From Candidatus Giovannonibacteria bacterium RIFCSPLOWO2_12_FULL_44_15 (GTDB lineage: Bacteria > Patescibacteriota > Minisyncoccia > JACPKW01 > UBA11713), in NCBI GenBank assembly GCA_001778905.1, contig MFIQ01000001.1, positions 9,539-60,577 of the forward strand: a stretch of DNA of 51,039 bases, read 5' to 3'. A model generated the notes under the pieces. The model did not search any database. It had not been told where the DNA came from and worked only from the letters and a program-made list of their open reading frames with translations. Below are positions 8,108 to 16,634 of this stretch, one piece after another; the stretch's first letter is position 1, and the number at the start of each line of letters is the position of its first letter. The translations under genes were made by a program, and so were the position numbers.

Positions 8108-9823
8108 ATGAAAAATAAGGAGATAGTGGATATACTTTTCGAGCTTGCGGAACTCTACGAGATGAAAAATGTACCCTTCAAGCCGAGGGCACTCGAACGC
8201 GCTTCGGAGACGATAGATTCGCTCGGGGAGGACGTCGCTGATATTTATAAAAAAGGAGGAATTAAAGAGCTTCAAAAAATTCCGGGCGTTGGGCTGGGTA
8301 TCGCCGAGAAAATTGAAGAGTATTTAAAGTCCGGGCACGTTAAAGAGTACGAGAGCATGAAGAAAAAATTTCCGGTTGATATCAGGGAACTTTCTTCCAT
8401 CGAAGGCGTCGGCCCAAAGCATATAGCGCTTCTCTATCAAAAACTAAAAATAAAAAATGTTTCCGATTTGGAGAAGGCCGCCAAGGAAGGAAAATTGCGA
8501 AAGTTGCCGAGGATGGGGGAGAAACTTGAAGCAAAAATTTTAAAAGGCATCGAATTTAAGCACGAGGGAGGAGGGCGATTTGCTTTGGGCGAGGTTCTGC
8601 CTTTGGCTCGGGAGATTAAAGCGAGGCTACTTAAAGTTAAAGGGGTAGAGGCGGTTGAAGTCGCGGGTTCTTTGAGGCGCATGCAAGAGACAATCGGAGA
8701 TCTTGATTTTCTCGCTGTATCGGAGCATCCTAAGGCGGTCGCGGATTTTTTTTCGGGAATGCGGGAAGTTGAGCATGTTTACGCCCACGGGGAAACCAAA
8801 GTCCTTGTCAGGTTGAAATCGGGAATAGACGCCGATCTAATTATTTTGCCTAAAAAATCTTTTGGCGCTGCACTCCAATATTTTACGGGCTCGAAAGACC
8901 ATAATGTCGAAGTGCGCAAGCTCGCGATAAAAAAGGGATGGTCGTTAAACGAACACGGCCTCACGAAGGGAAAGAAAGTGATTGCATCCGCGACCGAGGA
9001 AGAAATCTATGGGAAGCTGGGCATGCCGAAGGCTCCGCCCCCCGAGATTCGCTTAAACAAAGGTGAAATCGAAGCTGCGCTTGCGAGTAAGCTCCCGCAC
9101 CTCATTGAATACGGGGATCTAAAGGGAGATCTGCAAATTCAAACATCTTGGACCGACGGAAAAAATTCTATTGAGGAGATGGCGCGGGAAGCGGAGAGGC
9201 TTGGGTATGAATATATTGCGATAACTGACCATACACGTTCTTTGGCGATGACCGGAGGTGCTGACGAAAAAAAACTTTTGCGTCAGATTGCGGAGATAGA
9301 TAAAGTTCAGAAAAAATTTAAAAAAGTAAAAATTCTTAAGGGAGCAGAAGTAAATATAATGAAGGACGGATCTCTCGATATCAATGACGAAACTTTGGAG
9401 AAGTTAGATGTCGTAGGGGCGGCGGTGCATTCGCTTTTCAATCTTTCAAAAGCCGAACAGACAGAGCGCATTATTAAAGCGATGGAAAATCCCAATGTGG
9501 ATATTTTATTTCATCCAACAGGCCGTGTTATTAATAAGAGAAAGCCGTACGACGTGGATATGGAAAAAATTATCAAAGCCGCGAAGCGCACAGGAACGAT
9601 TTTGGAGATCGATGGGCATCCTTGGCGGCTCGATTTAAAAGACGAACATATTAGAATGGCGCGAGAAGCCGGGGTTAAGATGATTATCGACACCGACGCG
9701 CATTCCGTTCCCGAGATGAGTTATCTCGAATACGGTATCGCGCAAGCCAGGCGCGGCTGGTGCGAGAAAAAAGACATAATAAATACTTTGCCGCTGAAGG
9801 AATTTTTAAAGGCGCTAAAATAA
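8108..9823 (+). CDS. polX: DNA polymerase X with PHP domain
   Basis: HhH motifs IPGVG and IEGVGPK, AGSLRR, GDLDFL, YFTGSKDHN, PHP motifs ITDH and TDAH. Confidence 0.95.
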   Translation: MKNKEIVDILFELAELYEMKNVPFKPRALERASETIDSLGEDVADIYKKGGIKELQKIPGVGLGIAEKIEEYLKSGHVKEYESMKKKFPVDIRELSSIEGVGPKHIALLYQKLKIKNVSDLEKAAKEGKLRKLPRMGEKLEAKILKGIEFKHEGGGRFALGEVLPLAREIKARLLKVKGVEAVEVAGSLRRMQETIGDLDFLAVSEHPKAVADFFSGMREVEHVYAHGETKVLVRLKSGIDADLIILPKKSFGAALQYFTGSKDHNVEVRKLAIKKGWSLNEHGLTKGKKVIASATEEEIYGKLGMPKAPPPEIRLNKGEIEAALASKLPHLIEYGDLKGDLQIQTSWTDGKNSIEEMAREAERLGYEYIAITDHTRSLAMTGGADEKKLLRQIAEIDKVQKKFKKVKILKGAEVNIMKDGSLDINDETLEKLDVVGAAVHSLFNLSKAEQTERIIKAMENPNVDILFHPTGRVINKRKPYDVDMEKIIKAAKRTGTILEIDGHPWRLDLKDEHIRMAREAGVKMIIDTDAHSVPEMSYLEYGIAQARRGWCEKKDIINTLPLKEFLKALK

Positions 9824-9826
9824 AAA

Positions 9827-10255
9827 ATGCCGGTTTTACGTTCAGCGGGGATAATCCTTTTTAGAGAGACCAAAGAGGGCAGGAAGTATTTAATTTTAAG
9901 GGCATCACGTAAAGACGATCGCCCTGAGTTTTGGGATATTCCAAAAGGCGAGCTTGATAAAGGAGAGAAGGGGATTGATGCCGCAAGACGTGAGGCTAAT
10001 GAAGAAACAGGAATGGATAATTTTGAATTAAACCCGGATTTTAAAGAAACTGTGCAGTATTTTACCCGGCGCGAGGGGAAACCAGTTCCCAAATACGTCG
10101 CTGTTTTTCTCGCCGAGGCCAAAAACGATACGGTTACGCTTTCGTGGGAGCATGATGCATACGAATGGCTTTCGCTCGAAGAAGCATTGAAAAAATTAAC
10201 CACGATGAAAAAAGCGGTGCAGCATGCCGATGAATTTCTCACGAAGAGTGCTTAA
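9827..10255 (+). CDS. NUDIX hydrolase (Ap4A hydrolase-like)
   Basis: Nudix box PKGELDKGEKGIDAARREANEETG; LSWEHDAYEW. Confidence 0.88.
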   Translation: MPVLRSAGIILFRETKEGRKYLILRASRKDDRPEFWDIPKGELDKGEKGIDAARREANEETGMDNFELNPDFKETVQYFTRREGKPVPKYVAVFLAEAKNDTVTLSWEHDAYEWLSLEEALKKLTTMKKAVQHADEFLTKSA

Positions 10256-10478
10256 CATCGTCCGGAAAATTCCGAGGGGCAAAACCCTTACATATAAAGA
10301 AGTGGCTATCAGAGCCGGCAAGCCGCGGGCTTATAGGGTGGTAGGAAATATTTTAAACAAAAATTACGACCCAAAGATCCCGTGCCACCGCGTTATCCGT
10401 TCGGACGGAAAAATCGGCGGATATAATCGCGGCACGAAAAATAAACTTTCTCTCCTTAAAAAAGAAAAAGCTATTTAA
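10230..10478 (+). CDS. MGMT family methylated-DNA-protein cysteine methyltransferase (C-terminal domain only)
   Basis: IPRGKTLTY, RVVG, active site PCHRV. Confidence 0.88.
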   Translation: MNFSRRVLNIVRKIPRGKTLTYKEVAIRAGKPRAYRVVGNILNKNYDPKIPCHRVIRSDGKIGGYNRGTKNKLSLLKKEKAI

Positions 10479-10815
10479 CTTTCTCGATAAGCGCCGAAAA
10501 TGCTTTCGGATATTCTTGCGCAAGTTGGGCGAGGACTTTCCTGTCCAATTCTATGTTTGCTTTTTTGAGCTTGTCGATAAAAACGCTGTAAGACATTCCG
10601 CGTTCTCTAGCGGCCGCGTTTATCTGGATCTGCCAAAGCTTGCGGAAATTTCTTTTCTTTTTTCTGCGATCCTGAAAAGAATGTTTGGCCGCGTGGAGCA
10701 AGCGCTCTCTAGCTATGCGTTCTTTTGATTTAGCTCCCCAGCGGAAACCTTTTGCGCGCTTTAAAATTTTTCTCCGCTTCTTTAACGCTATCGTCGCTTT
10801 TTTTACTCTTGGCAT
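10471..10815 (-). CDS. rplT: 50S ribosomal protein L20
   Basis: MPRVK, RKLWQIQINAAAR, ELDRKVLA. Confidence 0.97.
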   Translation of the reverse strand: MPRVKKATIALKKRRKILKRAKGFRWGAKSKERIARERLLHAAKHSFQDRRKKKRNFRKLWQIQINAAARERGMSYSVFIDKLKKANIELDRKVLAQLAQEYPKAFSALIEKVK

Positions 10816-10818
10816 GTT

Positions 10819-11007
10819 TTATTTTGTCGGAAGAAAATGATTAAGCTCGTTTTTTGGAATACGAAAATTAACGAGGCCTTTTTGGCGAAGCTGTTTGGCT
10901 CTGCGCACTTTTGCGTTGAAATGGTTTTGTCCTGGAATTCGAGCAAGGACTTTCCCCGTGCGCGTTAGCTTGAGGCGCTTTCTAAATGATTTGTTTGTTT
11001 TGTTCAT
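10819..11007 (-). CDS. rpmI: 50S ribosomal protein L35
   Basis: KTNKSFRKRLKLTRTGKV...GQNHFNAK; lies between infC and rplT. Confidence 0.92.
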   Translation of the reverse strand: MNKTNKSFRKRLKLTRTGKVLARIPGQNHFNAKVRRAKQLRQKGLVNFRIPKNELNHFLPTK

Positions 11008-11516
11008 TTTTTCTCTACAAGCACGTATATACCCCGCGGGCCTTGCTTGGGCCCATCACTGATTTTATAGTCCCGGGGGATAAAATGCAGTATTCGCTCT
11101 ATTCTCTCGTTTTTAAAGTTTTTGTCAAGATATTTGGCCCTTCCGCGAAGCACCAGGTCTATCTTTACCTTATCCCCAGCATCAAGGAATTCGCCCACTT
11201 TTTTAGCCTTCATCTCCAAATCATGCTCCGATGTGTTGAGGCCGATCCGGACTTCCCGCACTTCAGAGGTGTGCGCTTTCTTATTTGCCTCCCTGCGCTT
11301 TTTTTCTTCCTGATAGGACCATTTGCCGTAGTCCATTATTTTGACAACAGGCGGCTTGGCGGTGGGGGAAATTTCAATAACATCGAGCCCCGCATCTTTT
11401 GCAATGTCAATTGCACGCGCGATCTCTATAATACCGTAGTTTGTCCCATCATCCCCAATTGCCCGCACGGGGGTGGCGGTTATTTGGCTATTTACTCTTG
11501 TGCGCTTTGTAACCAG
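11004..11516 (-). CDS. infC: Translation initiation factor IF-3 (probable non-canonical CTG start at 11516)
   Basis: RVNSQI, PPVVKIMDYGK, HDLEMK, GDKVK; operon order; start inferred from promoter position. Confidence 0.93.
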   Translation of the reverse strand: MVTKRTRVNSQITATPVRAIGDDGTNYGIIEIARAIDIAKDAGLDVIEISPTAKPPVVKIMDYGKWSYQEEKKRREANKKAHTSEVREVRIGLNTSEHDLEMKAKKVGEFLDAGDKVKIDLVLRGRAKYLDKNFKNERIERILHFIPRDYKISDGPKQGPRGIYVLVEKK

Positions 11517-11523
11517 AGATTTA

Positions 11524-11552
11524 AATATAGCTTTTTTGGATATTTTTGTGAA
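11524..11552 (-). promoter_or_regulatory. Sigma70 promoter of infC-rpmI-rplT
   Basis: Minus strand TTCACA-17 nt-TATATT. Confidence 0.65.
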
Positions 11553-11633
11553 GAGCCGCCCCTTTTTTGAGTTATCCACTAATCTTAATTTTGCGGCGAG
11601 CATATAATTAATTTAAGTTCCACGGTTAAATCT

Positions 11634-12167
11634 ATGAAAAAGAACTGGCCAAAATTTATACTAGGCTGGGTTATTTCCTTCCTCATCCGCCTAGTTCCCT
11701 TCCGCCCACCGAACGTTGAGCCGATTTTGGGAATACAAATGCCCTTCAGCAAAGCTTACGGATACGCGCCCGCTTTTCTTTTTGCATTTTCAAACATCGT
11801 TTTATTCGATCTCTTGGTAAATAAATTTGGAGAGTGGACTTTAATAACAGCGCTCGCATACGGATTTTTGGGAATTTGGGGCGTTAAATATTTTCAGAAC
11901 AGAAAAAATTCATCACTGAATTATCTTAGATTTTCCGTAATGGCAACTCTGGCGTATGATGCCGTAACAGGCCTTTCTATAGGGCCTATATTTTTCAATC
12001 AGCCCCTTATGGCGGCTGCAATCGGCCAAATTCCCTTTACTTTACTACATCTTTTGGGCAATTGCTCATTTGCTGTATTGGCAAGTCCTCTTATTTACCG
12101 CTACGCCGTCTCGAAGCGCAGCTTTAGGGGGATATATTTATTAAATTTAAAGCCACTGGCTAACTAA
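11634..12167 (+). CDS. ECF-type S-component-like membrane protein, probably cobalamin-specific
   Basis: About 6 TM helices, RPPNVEP motif; directly upstream of nrdJ and pduO. Confidence 0.6.
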   Translation: MKKNWPKFILGWVISFLIRLVPFRPPNVEPILGIQMPFSKAYGYAPAFLFAFSNIVLFDLLVNKFGEWTLITALAYGFLGIWGVKYFQNRKNSSLNYLRFSVMATLAYDAVTGLSIGPIFFNQPLMAAAIGQIPFTLLHLLGNCSFAVLASPLIYRYAVSKRSFRGIYLLNLKPLAN

Positions 12168-12179
12168 TTTTCTATAATT

Positions 12180-14471
12180 ATGGAAACTTTTGTTGAAAAA
12201 AAGACAAGGACCCTCTCTCATATTGAACTTACTCAAATCAAAAAGCGCGATGGGACCGTTGTTCCGTTTGACTTGGCTCGGATCAAAAATGCGATTATGC
12301 GCGCTTTCGAATCAACAAAAGAAGGAGGAGAAGAAGAGGCGAGGCTGGTGGCGTTTCGCGTTTATGACATATTAAGGCAGATGAAATTGACCAGCCCTCA
12401 ATTTGTGCCCTCAGTCGAACAAATTCAGGATCTGGTAGAAAAAGAACTTATCTTGGATAAATTTGCAGTAACCGCTAAGTCGTACATTCTTTATCGCGAA
12501 AAACATGCCGAGATGCGGAGAGAAGCGGGACCGGTATCCGAGCGCCTGCGCGCCCTTGCCAAAGAGAGCAAAAAATATTTTAGAAATCCTCTCGCGGAAT
12601 TCATATATTACAGATCATACGCCAGATGGGTAGAGACAGAAGGAAGAAGGGAAACGTGGATTGAAACAGTGGATAGATATATGAGCTTTATGAAAGAAAA
12701 GTTGGCTGGCGCACTGACGGAGAACGAATATTCGGACGTCCGGGAGGCCATTTTGAAACACGAAGCTATGCCTTCTATGCGCTTACTCCAGTTCGCGGGG
12801 CTTGCCGCCAAGGCAACCAACGTTTGTGCCTATAATTGCTCCTTTATAGCCCCCAGATCCTTCCAGGATTTCGCCGAAATTATGTATATTTCTATGTGCG
12901 GAACGGGGGTAGGGTGGTCTGTTGAGAGCGAAAATATCCAGTCTTTGCCTCAAGTAAAGAGGCAAAGCGGCAAAAAGCTCTCGGCCTATGTCATTCCGGA
13001 CAGCAAGGAGGGGTGGGCGGACGCTTTCTCCTTCGGGCTCAAGACTTGGTTTGATGGAGAGGATGTAGAATTTGATTACTCAAAGTTGCGTCCCGCGGGC
13101 GCACGTTTAAAGACGATGGGAGGCAAGAGTTCGGGTCCCGAACCGCTGAGGAATCTTTTGGAATTTTCCAGAGAGCGAATTTTAAAAAGGCAGGGAAGGC
13201 GCCTTTCCAATATCGATGCCCACGATATCATCTGCAAGATAGGAGATTGTGTCGTTTCGGGCGGAGTCAGGAGAAGCGCCATGATTTCACTTTCGGATTT
13301 GGAAGACGAAGAGATTCGCGATTCGAAGAAAGGGCAATTTTATGTGAATGATCCTCAGCGCAGTTTAGCGAATAACTCCGCTGTCTATTGGCAGAGGCCG
13401 ACTACAAAAGAATTTTTGGACGAGTGGACAGCCTTGATTAAAAGCGGAAGCGGGGAGCGCGGAATTTTTAACCGCGGTGGGCTTGCAAAAACTCTTCCGG
13501 AGCGTAGGCTCGAACAATTTGGGGGCATCCATCCTTCTTGGGGAACAAACCCATGCGGAGAGATTGTCTTGCAATCGAAACAATTCTGCAATCTTACCGA
13601 AGTCGTCGCGAGGGAAAATGATACCGAGGAAACCCTTTTGAGAAAAGCAAGAATTGCGACGATACTCGGGACCTACCAATCTACGCTGACTTATTTTCCA
13701 TACCTTTCGAAAGAATGGCAGGAGAACTGCGAGCAAGAGAGGCTGCTCGGCGTATCGATTACTGGCCAATGGGATTCGCCTGCGGTGCGCGATGAAGCGG
13801 TTTTAAAGAAAATAAAGGATATGGTGATTAAAACCAATAAAGAATACGCGGCTAAATTCGGAGTCAGCCAATCGACCTGTACAACCTGCGTTAAGCCATC
13901 TGGAACCGTCTCCCAACTCGTAGACTGTTCCTCCGGCATGCATCCCAGGCACGCGCAATACTATGTCCGACGTGTCCGCATCTCCGCGACAGACTCCCTA
14001 TTTAAGATGCTAAAGGACCAGGGCGTGCCTTTTTATCCGGAAGTGGGGCAGACTATGGAGAGCGCTTCCACATTTGTCTTGGAATTTCCGATTAAAGCCC
14101 CCGAAGGCAAGATTTTCCGCGACAATCTTACGGCGATGGACCAATTAAAGCATTGGAAAATGGTCAAAGAAGGATACACGGAGCACAATCCGTCGGTGAC
14201 GGTTTCGGTAGGGGACGACGAATGGGTGGCCGTTGCCAACTGGCTTTACGAGAATTGGGATATCGTAGGCGGGCTTTCTTTCCTGCCCCGATTGAACCAC
14301 GTCTACCGCTTGGCTCCATATGAAGCAATAAAAAAAGAGGAATACGAGGAGCGCGCCAAGAAATTGGAACACATTGATTTTTCCAAAATCTATACGTACG
14401 AGATCGAAGACGAAACGGAAGTGAAAAAGGAACTCGCCTGCGTCGCGGGAGTTTGCGAAATAGAAATGTAA
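12180..14471 (+). CDS. nrdJ: Class II (adenosylcobalamin-dependent) ribonucleotide reductase with N-terminal ATP cone
   Basis: ATP cone IKKRDG...F, RRETW, GGVRRSA, GTNPCGE, KPSGTVS, C-terminal CVAGVC. Confidence 0.93.
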   Translation: METFVEKKTRTLSHIELTQIKKRDGTVVPFDLARIKNAIMRAFESTKEGGEEEARLVAFRVYDILRQMKLTSPQFVPSVEQIQDLVEKELILDKFAVTAKSYILYREKHAEMRREAGPVSERLRALAKESKKYFRNPLAEFIYYRSYARWVETEGRRETWIETVDRYMSFMKEKLAGALTENEYSDVREAILKHEAMPSMRLLQFAGLAAKATNVCAYNCSFIAPRSFQDFAEIMYISMCGTGVGWSVESENIQSLPQVKRQSGKKLSAYVIPDSKEGWADAFSFGLKTWFDGEDVEFDYSKLRPAGARLKTMGGKSSGPEPLRNLLEFSRERILKRQGRRLSNIDAHDIICKIGDCVVSGGVRRSAMISLSDLEDEEIRDSKKGQFYVNDPQRSLANNSAVYWQRPTTKEFLDEWTALIKSGSGERGIFNRGGLAKTLPERRLEQFGGIHPSWGTNPCGEIVLQSKQFCNLTEVVARENDTEETLLRKARIATILGTYQSTLTYFPYLSKEWQENCEQERLLGVSITGQWDSPAVRDEAVLKKIKDMVIKTNKEYAAKFGVSQSTCTTCVKPSGTVSQLVDCSSGMHPRHAQYYVRRVRISATDSLFKMLKDQGVPFYPEVGQTMESASTFVLEFPIKAPEGKIFRDNLTAMDQLKHWKMVKEGYTEHNPSVTVSVGDDEWVAVANWLYENWDIVGGLSFLPRLNHVYRLAPYEAIKKEEYEERAKKLEHIDFSKIYTYEIEDETEVKKELACVAGVCEIEM

Positions 14472-15013
14472 TGTATTGGACTGGAAAAGGAGATGACGGG
14501 ACGACGAAATTATTTAACTCGCCGCCTGGTTGCCGTATTCCAAAAAGTTCTCGGGTAGTCAAGGCGTTGGGCTCTCTCGATGAAGTAAATTCGTATTTAG
14601 GATTGGCGAAAGCGCTCGCTCGCGAGCAAAAACTAGATCTCGAATCTTTCGTAAATTTTTTACAGGAACAACTTTTTATATTACAAGCCGAGCTTGCTGG
14701 AGCAGAAAAGACAGTTTCAAAGGAATCTCTAGAGAAAATGGAATCGAATTTGCATATTTTCTCGCAAAATATTCCCGAGATTAAATCTTTCTCGATTCCC
14801 GGAGGAACGGTTCTCTCGGCGCATTTTGATGTAGCAAGGACGATGGCGAGGCGAGCCGAGAGGGAAGTTGTTGCGCTAAGGGATGACAAAGAAAAAGCGC
14901 TCGGCGAGAAAAGCTACGCATTTTTAAACCGCCTTTCTAGCGCGTGCTTCATCTTGGCGAGATATGTAAATTCGGTCCAAGGCGTGGCTGAAACCCCACC
15001 GAGTTATAACTAA
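14471..15013 (+). CDS. pduO: PduO-type ATP:cob(I)alamin adenosyltransferase
   Basis: YWTGKGDDGTT, GSLDEVNS, ARRAER, FLNRLSS; ATG overlaps nrdJ TAA. Confidence 0.9.
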   Translation: MYWTGKGDDGTTKLFNSPPGCRIPKSSRVVKALGSLDEVNSYLGLAKALAREQKLDLESFVNFLQEQLFILQAELAGAEKTVSKESLEKMESNLHIFSQNIPEIKSFSIPGGTVLSAHFDVARTMARRAEREVVALRDDKEKALGEKSYAFLNRLSSACFILARYVNSVQGVAETPPSYN

Positions 15014-15028
15014 GGCGAGTAAGATGCC

Positions 15029-15058
15029 TTGACAGAAGGGCATATAATATGCTATCTT
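15029..15058 (+). promoter_or_regulatory. Sigma70 promoter of orphan module
   Basis: TTGACA-18 nt-(TGc)TATCTT. Confidence 0.55.
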
Positions 15059-15210
15059 TATAGCGAAATATAGAGTTTTTTGATATTGGCTTTCCTTCCC
15101 CGCCCAACGTCAAATTTTGGTGTATGGCGGGGAGGGAAAGCTGCGATTAGCAGTAGGTGCCTATAGTTGAGAGGCGCCATCAGGTCCCTCTCAAAAAAAT
15201 TGGAGAACAT

Positions 15211-15375
15211 ATGAAAATTCTCCGTGCTATAGGTTTACTGCTCGCAATCTTAGGGCTCAAATTCTTCTTGATGTGGGCTGTGTTTCGCGCTTTCGAGGGT
15301 TCCTTGATCGCGCTCTTCACGACCTTCTCATCATTGATGAGTTCAGTCCAAACTACTCTCCCCGCGTCGTTTTAA
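15211..15375 (+). CDS. Small hydrophobic peptide, 54 aa
   Basis: GGAG at 15202-15205 before ATG; MKILRAIGLLLAILGLKFFLMWAVF TM-like segment. Confidence 0.5.
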   Translation: MKILRAIGLLLAILGLKFFLMWAVFRAFEGSLIALFTTFSSLMSSVQTTLPASF

Positions 15376-15499
15376 ACGATGCGGAATAAATATGTCAGAG
15401 ACGAGTCTGATTTCAGTCAGATTCGTCTCTGGCTTCCTCTGAGCGCTTCAAGGATTTGGAGAATTCAGAGGAAGTACTTTAGGAATGGAGGGAGGGCTC

Positions 15500-15820
15500 A
15501 TGGCGATAAGGCGTTTTACTCAGCATGCAACTGACAGGGTCCGTTTAGGCGACGAAAATGGGCTAAGAACTACGTTAACTTTGGATGAAATCGCCGAAAT
15601 TTTAGACTCAGGGGAATACGCATATTACGGAAGCGGCGAAAGGATTTTCTACAGCAAGAAGGATAAAAAGTTTCTAGTGGCAGTAGTTACGCCCGATGGC
15701 ACTGTTGTTACAGTGAAGCCAGGAGACTCCGCCCCTGATAAACTCCGAGCACTGGCCATCATGCGAACGGCGGGATTAATGAAGCCTCTAGTTCGCGAAG
15801 AAAAGAAAGACTCAACGTAG
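15500..15820 (+). CDS. Hypothetical protein, DUF4258-like (possible RelE/colicin-like RNase fold)
   Basis: Strong SD GGAGGGAGG; FTQHATDRV resembles the T-x-HA-x-x-R motif; beta-rich tail LVAVVTPDGTVVTV. Confidence 0.5.
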   Translation: MAIRRFTQHATDRVRLGDENGLRTTLTLDEIAEILDSGEYAYYGSGERIFYSKKDKKFLVAVVTPDGTVVTVKPGDSAPDKLRALAIMRTAGLMKPLVREEKKDST

Positions 15821-15840
15821 TGATGCGTTGGGCCTTTTTT
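15811..15840 (+). terminator. Intrinsic terminator between orphan gene and tmRNA 3' end
   Basis: ctcaacgta/tgcgttggg stem with U-tract, A-rich on the other side. Confidence 0.65.
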
Positions 15841-15844
15841 ATTT

Positions 15845-16159
15845 TGGTGGAGATGGCGGGAGTTGAACCCGCGTCAGGAAAGCTTTTGAGGGATGGTTGA
15901 CAAGCTTAGGTGAAATCCTGAATTAACTCTCAGGAAAAAAGTTTTCTCGCTTATGACACCCGCGATCCCGTAGCGAGAATCAAGGACGGATGGCTCCGAC
16001 GCGAGGTCGGAGCGTTGCCATTAAGCTACTGCCAAGGCAGGCTCTCTGGTTCCAAATAAGTTTGCACTTATTATGTTCCCATGGGAGATATTTAGCTCCG
16101 CCATGGCGGAGCGCCTGAACATCATCTCAAAGTTCTTCCCCTCGAGGCCTATCATCCCC
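15845..16159 (-). ncRNA. ssrA: tmRNA; tag peptide (A)ANLFGTREPALAVA at 16065-16021
   Basis: 5' GGGGATG pairs with 3' CATCTCC-ACCA with G3.U; T-arm GCGGGTTCAACTCCCGC; tag frame ending ALAVA*; adjacent to smpB. Confidence 0.95.
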
Positions 16160-16595
16160 GTAGGTTGCGGCCGACTTCGCGCTCGATGTCGCGTTTTTTT
16201 ATTTTGTCGCGTTTTTCGTACTTCTTCTTTCCGCGGACAATTGCGATCTCGATCTTAATTCGGCCGCTTGTAGTATACACCTTTATTGGGATGATTGTCA
16301 ACCCGCGCTTCTCGGCATTTCCTGCGAGAGAGGCTATCTCTTTCTTGTGGAGCAAGAGTTTTCTAGTTCGTTCGCGCACGTACCCCTCAGGCGTATTATT
16401 CGGCTGATAGGGAGGTATATCCATGCCGACGAGAAATGCTTCGTCCCCGCGGATTAAAACGCGTGCCCCGGAAATATTTCCATTTTTATTTTTAAGCGAT
16501 TTTACCTCGAGTCCCAGCAATGATAAACCCGCCTCGAATTTCTCAAGGATTTCATAGTTGAAATATGCTTTTTTGTTTTCGAGCAGGGCGGGCAT
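16152..16595 (-). CDS. smpB: SsrA-binding protein SmpB
   Basis: NKKAYFNY, EAGLSL, RTRKLLLHKKEI, GKKKYEKR. Confidence 0.97.
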   Translation of the reverse strand: MPALLENKKAYFNYEILEKFEAGLSLLGLEVKSLKNKNGNISGARVLIRGDEAFLVGMDIPPYQPNNTPEGYVRERTRKLLLHKKEIASLAGNAEKRGLTIIPIKVYTTSGRIKIEIAIVRGKKKYEKRDKIKKRDIEREVGRNLRG

Positions 16596-16634
16596 AAATT
16601 CATAATAACATTCTTGCTGTGCTAAACTAAAAAC

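Noticed and set aside
11517..11603. 29-aa N-terminal extension of IF-3
   Set aside because: Spans two divergent promoters and is not IF3-like
15362..15474. Consecutive hairpins as a CRISPR array or attC sites
   Set aside because: Units are not direct repeats, there are no spacers or cas genes, and no RYYYAAC/GTTRRRY boundaries
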